A stretch of 58,166 nucleotides of DNA from Candidatus Uhrbacteria bacterium (GTDB lineage Bacteria; Patescibacteriota; Patescibacteriia; UBA9934). Of this stretch, positions 53,162 through 58,166 are shown piece by piece; position 1 is the first letter of the stretch; each line of letters starts with the position of its first letter. The stretch is taken from NCBI GenBank assembly GCA_943358395.1, contig CALRGY010000002.1:1-58166 (forward strand). Direction: 5' to 3'. Under the pieces are notes generated by a model. It made no database searches. It was not told the origin of the DNA and was given only the letters and a program-made list of their open reading frames with translations. Position numbers and translations under genes: made by a program.

Positions 53162-54094
53162 TTATCGAGAAGCGCGTTGTAGATGCGGTTCCGCGAGTTT
53201 TGTGAGTGCAGTTTCGAGCTCCGGAGGCAATGGCGCTTCAAAGGTTTTCTGTTCCCTATTTGGGAGCGTAAGTGCCAGGAGTCGTGCGTGCAAAAAGAGC
53301 CGGCCAAGAGGAATAATTTTGATACCGCGAATGGTATACAGCTCGTCGCCAGCAACGGGGTGCCCAAGGGCAAAGAAATGGGCCCGAATTTGGTGCGTGC
53401 GGCCGGTTTCGATGCGAACGTCCAGGAGTGTGGCACTTGCGTAACGATGCATCACGTCGAAGTGGGTGATAGCCTCTTTGCCTTCTTGTGAATTGGGTCG
53501 TGCTGCCATACGGGCATTGCTTTGTGAACGGGCGATGGGGAAGGTGATGGTGCCGGTGTCATCGGTAACGGTGCCCATGACGAGGGCGGTGTATCGCTTT
53601 TCCGTAAGCCGTTGGGCAAATTGTGCCTTGAGATGCGTGAATGCTGGCGCGGTTTTTGCCACAATCAGCACGCCAGATGCATATTTGTCGAGGCGATGCA
53701 CAATGCCGGGCCGAGTGGCATCGTCGCCAATGGTGGTGATAGAGGGAATATATGCCTTGAGAAGATCGAGAAGCGTGGGCTCAGTGCTGGCAGATGTTGG
53801 GTGCACTAAAAGCCCCGCTGGTTTATTGACGACAAGAACATCGGCGTCTTCGTACAGAATGGAAAGTGGTGCGGTTTGCGCGGCAGTTGGCTGGTATACG
53901 GGAACGGTGGGATCGATGATGGTTACTGTGGACTGCGAAGAAACCAAGAGATGGGCGTTTGCAAGGGAATCGTTAACAAAAACACGCTGATCGGTAATGA
54001 TTGTTGCGGCTTTTGCGCGGCTCATACCAAGCGTTTCTGCCAGGGCAACGTCGAGGCGCTTGGGTTCGGTATTGAGAAGGCTAAGAATTTTCAT
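53162..54094 (-). CDS. Pseudouridine synthase, RluA/RluD family
   Basis: S4-like N-terminus, HRLDKYASGVLIVAKT catalytic motif, and GRTHQIRAH. Start trimmed to MKILSLL. Confidence 0.85.
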   Translation of the reverse strand: MKILSLLNTEPKRLDVALAETLGMSRAKAATIITDQRVFVNDSLANAHLLVSSQSTVTIIDPTVPVYQPTAAQTAPLSILYEDADVLVVNKPAGLLVHPTSASTEPTLLDLLKAYIPSITTIGDDATRPGIVHRLDKYASGVLIVAKTAPAFTHLKAQFAQRLTEKRYTALVMGTVTDDTGTITFPIARSQSNARMAARPNSQEGKEAITHFDVMHRYASATLLDVRIETGRTHQIRAHFFALGHPVAGDELYTIRGIKIIPLGRLFLHARLLALTLPNREQKTFEAPLPPELETALTKLAEPHLQRASR

Positions 54095-54202
54095 AGCCGG
54101 AGTATTGCACAGAATGCCTATCCGTGAAAGCGGTATACTTGAGAAAACACTGAAGAAAGAGTAAAATAATGTTTGATTCTTTTTATACGTAAAGCGTAGA
54201 AG

Positions 54203-54316
54203 ACCAACGAAGTTCGTCATATACAAGGAAGATTTCAAGAACCGACGAGCCGTACTCATCGTACGGTGAGGAGGCTCGAAGGAATCTGACGCGGTAGATG
54301 ACGAACTTGGGTTGGT
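54203..54316. repeat. Long hairpin upstream of tRNA-Ile (LHE-like core, different ends)
   Basis: ACCAACGAAGTTCGTCAT pairs with ATGACGAACTTGGGTTGGT. Apical CCGTAC-TCATC-GTACGG sits inside CGAGC...GCTCG. Confidence 0.6.
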
Positions 54317-54321
54317 TTTCT

Positions 54322-54397
54322 GGACCCATAGCTCAACGGTTAGAGCACCGAGCTTATACCTCGGCGGTTCCTGGTTCGAGTCCAGGTGGGTCTACCA
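54322..54397 (+). tRNA. tRNA-Ile (anticodon UAU)
   Basis: Hand-folded 76-nt cloverleaf: acceptor GGACCCA/TGGGTCT (G1-U72), D stem GCTC/GAGC, anticodon stem CCGAG/CTCGG with loop CTTATAC, T arm CCTGG-TTCGAGT-CCAGG, encoded CCA. Confidence 0.8.
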
Positions 54398-54401
54398 AAC
54401 T

Positions 54402-54560
54402 ATGTATTTTGTCCTTCCTCTTCTTCTCAGCCTTGCTGTCATATTCGGCATTCTTGGCCGACAGCAGCACAATCACGAATTTATCGGGCTGTCGTATATT
54501 TTCTTCCTTGCGACATTTGGTGCTGGCACCGTGCTCTTTTTTGCGCTGAGCGCGCTCTAA
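54402..54560 (+). CDS. Possible small hydrophobic membrane peptide (52 aa)
   Basis: MYFVLPLLLSLAVIFGILGR...FFLATFGAGTVLFFALSAL. It starts 5 nt after the tRNA and ends 4 nt before the next ORF. Confidence 0.3.
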   Translation: MYFVLPLLLSLAVIFGILGRQQHNHEFIGLSYIFFLATFGAGTVLFFALSAL

Positions 54561-54563
54561 TAT

Positions 54564-54962
54564 ATGCCAGACGGTTTCCAATCGGTACTATGGGTGCTGT
54601 GTGGAGGGTGGTTTATTATCTACTGGATTTTGGGCGGTGTGGTGTTTGCGCTTGTTGCCGCAGCACGTTCAACGCACATGCGGAAAGCGCGGTTTAGCTG
54701 CTTGTTTACCCTTGGTAGTGCTGCAGCGGCATATGGTGCGGCGGTTGTTGGGCTACTTTTGCTGCGCCCCCGGGGGCCACGGTGCCCAGAAGAGTTTTTG
54801 CCGCCAAAGGCATTTATGGTAGCAAAAGACGTCGGTTTGTACGACGCATTGCTCTGCGATACCCGAGCAATCATGACCGCAGGAGCGCTCTTCTTCATGC
54901 TCCTTCTTGCCTTGGGTGTTATGGCAATGCTGGTATCGGGAATTGAAAGGTCGAAAAAATAG
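54564..54962 (+). CDS. Hypothetical integral membrane protein
   Basis: 132 aa with four predicted TM helices. Confidence 0.5.
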   Translation: MPDGFQSVLWVLCGGWFIIYWILGGVVFALVAAARSTHMRKARFSCLFTLGSAAAAYGAAVVGLLLLRPRGPRCPEEFLPPKAFMVAKDVGLYDALLCDTRAIMTAGALFFMLLLALGVMAMLVSGIERSKK

Positions 54963-54980
54963 TCTTGTACTTTCTCAAAC

Positions 54981-55011
54981 AAAACACCGTCCCTATCTGG
55001 GACGGTGTTTT
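54981..55011. terminator. Bidirectional intrinsic terminator
   Basis: AAAACACCGTCCC-TATCT-GGGACGGTGTTTT. Confidence 0.8.
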
Positions 55012-55012
55012 G

Positions 55013-55089
55013 TGGTGCGCGCATGTGGATTCGAACCACAGACCTTCACAATGTCAATGTGACGCTCTAACCAACTGAGCTATGCGCGC
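55013..55089 (-). tRNA. tRNA-Val (anticodon GAC)
   Basis: Hand-folded: acceptor GCGCGCA/TGCGCGC, anticodon stem TCACA/TGTGA with loop TTGACAT, GGTTCGAATCC, encoded CCA. Confidence 0.9.
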
Positions 55090-55093
55090 CTTT

Positions 55094-55217
55094 GAGAACT
55101 TCCTCATTTGGTCTCTTTTCGGCTTGCTGCGTCGCAAATTCGTTCAACGTACCGTGAAGTACGTCTCACGAATTTTGCTCCTTGCGCACCGAAAATAGCC
55201 ACAAATGAGAAAGTTCT
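55094..55217. repeat. LHE copy 11 (variant I), abutting the tRNA-Val 5' end
   Basis: GAGAACTTCCTCATTT...AAATGAGAAAGTTCT. The body is the reverse complement of the copies at 32157 and 39384. Confidence 0.85.
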
Positions 55218-55251
55218 ATCCGTAAAATGATACGGTTCCAAAGAGACCATG

Positions 55252-56676
55252 TCAATTTTGCGTTGCCAAATATCGAGCGAAATCGAGTGCGGCGGCACGG
55301 GAGGAAAGATGGCCTTCGAGTTGAGCACTGCGGATACTATCGAGGTATTCGCGAATGCGGGGGCCGGGGGAGAAATTAAGCGCAAGTAAGTCGCGACCAC
55401 GCACCAGTTCTTCTGGGGCTGGTTCACTGAGCCACTTTGCGCGCTCATTCCGAAGGAAAATAAGGTTTTCTCTTGCAGTGCCATGGTTGTGTTTTGCACT
55501 GATGGTGGCGTCAAGGAGTGCAAGAAGTTCAGCGCCACGTTGCCCGCGCGTGAGGCGTTCCCGTTCTGCGGGAGAAAGATCTGTGGCGTGCCCGTGGGTA
55601 AGAGTAACGGTTTTATTCAGCATCCATCCGGCATGGGTGTGATCAAAGTGGAAACGATGATCGTCTACAGCGTGAAGGTGAAGGCGGGTAACAATGTTGC
55701 GCAATGCACCCATGGCACCGTCGTCAAGAAGTGCCAAAATGCCAGCAATGTTGCGCGTGGCGCTTTTGTGTGCAGTGCCGTAGGTACGAGTGCTTTCGTA
55801 GTGGGTAAGTGCATCCAGTAGCCGATGCGTTTTTTGCCAACCGGTTTCTCCGTCGTCATGAATGGTTGCGCCATGATGCAGAAGCTCTGGAGCAAGGGAT
55901 TCCAACGCACCACTGTCTTTCAGAAGGGTAAGGGCATACTTGGGATTGTGTGCCAGCGCCATAACAACATCGTGCCCTAAACGTACCCGGGGGATAACGT
56001 AGTGCGTATTGCCTTCCTCGTCATGATCGATGCGATGCACTGACGAGTGATGACGGGAAAGGGCATCCCACAGTGCGGGGTCAAGAGTGAAATTGTGTTG
56101 GCTTGCTAAACGAATCGCTCGTGCAACAAGCGCTGGTTCCTGAGAAAGGTGGAGCGCTGGGTGATGAAGTGTACGGATTGTTTTTGTGTGCAAAAGATCG
56201 TTGAGCCCACCGTGCGGGTCGTGAAGAATGCCGTTGTTGAAAGAGTATGCAATGGCATTGATGGAAAAATCGCGGCTTGCTAAATCGTCGTGTAGCGATC
56301 GGTCATGTCCAGGGATACGGTTGACGGTGCCGGTGCTGTCGAGTGTACGAATGTGCGGCGTAGTAATGGAAATGGTTTCTTGTGTGCTGTGCGGTGTGAC
56401 GTGCCAGTGCCCAGACGTATGCTGCGTCACAGTGCCGTGCGCCTGTAAGAATCGATGCAGTACCGGTGGCGCAACGTCACGTACCATCACATGTGCCCGA
56501 TGCGGAACCACCCCAAGAACAGCATCGCGCACTGTTCCGCCCACCAAGTACGGATCTGCAGCAGGAATATCTCGCACCATCTTAAACAGCAGCCCCAGCG
56601 GAGCCGTATCTGCAACGTATGCGCCAACCCTGCGGTGCGCTGGCATGGAACGAGTGGAGTACCAGACGGGGTTCAT
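55252..56676 (-). CDS. tRNA nucleotidyltransferase / poly(A) polymerase family protein (CCA-adding-enzyme-like)
   Basis: LVGGTVRDAVLG head-domain motif and RDFSINA. Confidence 0.75.
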   Translation of the reverse strand: MNPVWYSTRSMPAHRRVGAYVADTAPLGLLFKMVRDIPAADPYLVGGTVRDAVLGVVPHRAHVMVRDVAPPVLHRFLQAHGTVTQHTSGHWHVTPHSTQETISITTPHIRTLDSTGTVNRIPGHDRSLHDDLASRDFSINAIAYSFNNGILHDPHGGLNDLLHTKTIRTLHHPALHLSQEPALVARAIRLASQHNFTLDPALWDALSRHHSSVHRIDHDEEGNTHYVIPRVRLGHDVVMALAHNPKYALTLLKDSGALESLAPELLHHGATIHDDGETGWQKTHRLLDALTHYESTRTYGTAHKSATRNIAGILALLDDGAMGALRNIVTRLHLHAVDDHRFHFDHTHAGWMLNKTVTLTHGHATDLSPAERERLTRGQRGAELLALLDATISAKHNHGTARENLIFLRNERAKWLSEPAPEELVRGRDLLALNFSPGPRIREYLDSIRSAQLEGHLSSRAAALDFARYLATQN

Positions 56677-56681
56677 AATGG

Positions 56682-56749
56682 GAGAATTGTTTCATTTTGA
56701 CTATTTTCAGCTTGCAGCATCGAAACTAGCCTAAAATGAAAAAGTTCTC
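56682..56749. repeat. LHE copy 12 (68-nt internally deleted derivative)
   Basis: GAGAATTGTTTCATTTTGACTATTTTCAGCTTGCAGCATCGAAACTAGCCTAAAATGAAAAAGTTCTC. Confidence 0.7.
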
Positions 56750-56802
56750 TAAGCAGTATATCATGGAAGAATCGCGATTTTTATGGCATCATTAAAATAT
56801 CT

Positions 56803-57021
56803 ATGCGTACTATTGAAATCCATGCAGTCGTTTGGAAAGAGGGTCGTCAATACGTTGCTCAATGTTTAGATGTTGATGTATCGAGCTTTGGATCAACCGA
56901 GGCAAAGGCACTAGCTCGTCTTCATGAGGCTGTTGAATTATGGTTTGATGGCAAGAAAACACCTCGTGTTATGAAGGTGAAAGAGCCGAATTTGGTTTCG
57001 ATGGATCTTGTGTGTGCCTAG
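56803..57021 (+). CDS. hicB: HicB-family antitoxin (short form)
   Basis: 72 aa. Its N-terminal half matches the HicB-fold pattern A....EG..YVA.C..L.V...G.T..EAL..L.EA. It overlaps the downstream HicA gene. Confidence 0.65.
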   Translation: MRTIEIHAVVWKEGRQYVAQCLDVDVSSFGSTEAKALARLHEAVELWFDGKKTPRVMKVKEPNLVSMDLVCA

Positions 57022-57217
57022 TCCAGTGTTACTTCGATTGATACTTCGGATTCTTGAACAAAACGGATTTTTACTTGTTTCACAAAGAGGCAGTCATCTA
57101 AAATTGCACAAAGGATCGTGGACGGTCATTGTGCCGATCCACGGCAAGGAAATTCCATACGGAACATTTCGATCAATCTTGCGTCAATCAAATTTACAGG
57201 AAGAAGATTTTCGATAG
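57014..57217 (+). CDS. hicA: HicA-family mRNA interferase toxin
   Basis: L...GF......GSH.....G....VP.H.KEI..GT...IL.Q. Start probably GTG 57014 (the track uses TTG 57008). Confidence 0.7.
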   Translation: MPSPVLLRLILRILEQNGFLLVSQRGSHLKLHKGSWTVIVPIHGKEIPYGTFRSILRQSNLQEEDFR

Positions 57218-57220
57218 AGC

Positions 57221-58027
57221 CTATTTGATAAATTGCATAACCCCTGCCAGTGCCAAACCAAATCCAAGGATAAGTCCGGCGACGGTGCCGGCGTGGCGAG
57301 GGAAGCGTTGGACGGCGGAGGAGAGAATGATGGATGTGGAGGATTGCAGAGCGAAGATGCCGATGATGGTCATTACAATCGATCCCTCGAGGAAGCAGAG
57401 CAAGGCGAAGACGGTTGCGATGATTGTCGTTGGCATTCTGCCGAATCGATCCGCGAAGATACCGCCGGCAAGTTTGCCGATTCCCGCAGCAATGCCAAAC
57501 GCAAGGATCATCGGAAGAAGTGATGATGCGCTCTGGTGCAGCCAAAGCGTGGAACGGGAGGCGACGAAGAGGACAAGGGCGCCGATGATGAGGATTGAAT
57601 GAATCGATAATTGAGAGGAATGAGCTGTCATCGGAACCATGATCGAGGATGCGTGCGTGTTGTTTTTTACGATGATAAGGATCACGACGAGGATAATCGT
57701 TATAGTAATCAGAATCGGAATCATTGAGAATGACTGCATTGCGGCGAGCGTTCCCAGGGTGAGTCCGATCACTCCCGGTGCTGCAAAGAGGGCAGCGCCA
57801 ATGGATTTCTTCGGTGTAGCAAGGCTGGAAAGAGCACCGGCGCCAACGTGAATCATCGCGGATCCTACAGCGATCATCGTTAAAGCAAGGATCGGTTGAG
57901 AAGAGAAAGAAACAAGACCGATACCCATGACACTCATTCCGAAAACAATCGCGGAAAAGTGCGCTTTGAGGCGATCGACGAGCACGCCGAAGAGCGGTTG
58001 AAGGGCAAAGGCAACGACGTTACTCAC
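57221..58027 (-). pseudogene. MFS-type transporter, apparently 5'-truncated
   Basis: Begins (GTG) directly in the TM2-TM3 loop motif PLFGVLVDRLK. The second repeat has GKLAGGIFADRFGR. No in-frame TM1 lies upstream, and an IS transposase gene starts 41 nt beyond. Confidence 0.5.
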
Positions 58028-58068
58028 CTTACGCAGTCCCTCACTCTTCCTGCTATGCTTGAGGCTGT

Positions 58069-58166
58069 ATGGAAAAACATCTCGACCTCTACACCGACTA
58101 TCTCATCTCCTCATTTTCACAAACGACCGCGACGGGACTTTCCAGAGCCCTGGATGGCGCGGTGAG
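58069..58166 (+). mobile_element. 5' end of an IS4/IS701-like DDE transposase gene (partial, runs off the right edge)
   Basis: Hand translation gives MEKHLDLYTDYLISSFSQTTATGLSRALDGAV. From memory this matches the conserved N-terminus (DYL.SSF.Q.TATGLS.LLDG) of IS701/IS4-like transposases. Confidence 0.5.

Noticed and set aside
336-56749. Possibility that the dispersed repeats are a CRISPR array or CRISPR remnants.
   Set aside because: The copies are not tandem, not regularly spaced, are 59-179 nt long and hairpin-shaped, and are separated by whole genes. No cas genes are present in the window.
58028-58068. Possible match between the LHE terminal repeat and the sequence just upstream of the IS transposase ORF (CAGTCCCTCACTCTTCCT), which would make the IS the autonomous parent of the LHE family.
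   Set aside because: Only AGTCC and scattered pyrimidines match, and the orientation is wrong for an element end. This cannot be evaluated without the full IS.

Overview
58.2-kb chromosomal window from a bacterium with compact, mostly housekeeping gene content. It holds the 3' end of 23S rRNA, 5S rRNA, four tRNAs (Ala-UGC, Leu-CAG, Ile-UAU, Val-GAC) and RNase P RNA. Protein genes include IleS, TrpS, RuvA, SecG, L19, two pseudouridine synthases and a CCA-adding-type nucleotidyltransferase. Also present are a split transketolase with Rpe and RpiB, and a SpeH/SpeE/DUF350 polyamine locus. Peptidoglycan genes include FemX, an FG-GAP L,D-transpeptidase and VanW. A glycosyltransferase/DUF4012/WbaP envelope-glycan cluster, HicBA, a GIY-YIG nuclease cassette and the start of an IS transposase at the right edge complete the set. 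The repertoire resembles Patescibacteria/CPR, but this is inference only with no search run. No CRISPR array, cas genes or recognisable defence island were found. All calls were made by eye, so coordinates of RNAs and repeats are good to a few nt only. The gene list does not explain five things. (1) A dispersed family of at least 12 long-hairpin, MITE-like elements has terminal inverted repeats and compensatory stem changes. They fill intergenic gaps, including the 23S-5S spacer, tRNA flanks and intercistronic gaps. (2) A second, G-rich palindromic element (CTCCCCC-loop-GGGGGAG plus GGAGGGGG modules) is inserted in frame into IleS (twice), Rpe (opposite orientation) and FemX. It also occurs as an inverted intergenic pair, a behaviour similar to Rickettsia palindromic elements. 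(3) A regulatory cassette (14-nt perfect palindrome, -35/-10, conserved mini-ORF MDSRI, identical intrinsic terminator) is duplicated in front of speH and in front of an uncharacterised two-gene operon divergent from the speE operon. (4) The window encodes a tRNA-Ile with anticodon UAU. (5) Several local anomalies exist: a substrate-binding protein whose transmembrane N-terminus has no ATG/GTG/TTG start, an MFS gene truncated beside the IS, and a G+C-rich Cys/Asp-repeat lipoprotein next to tRNA-Leu.
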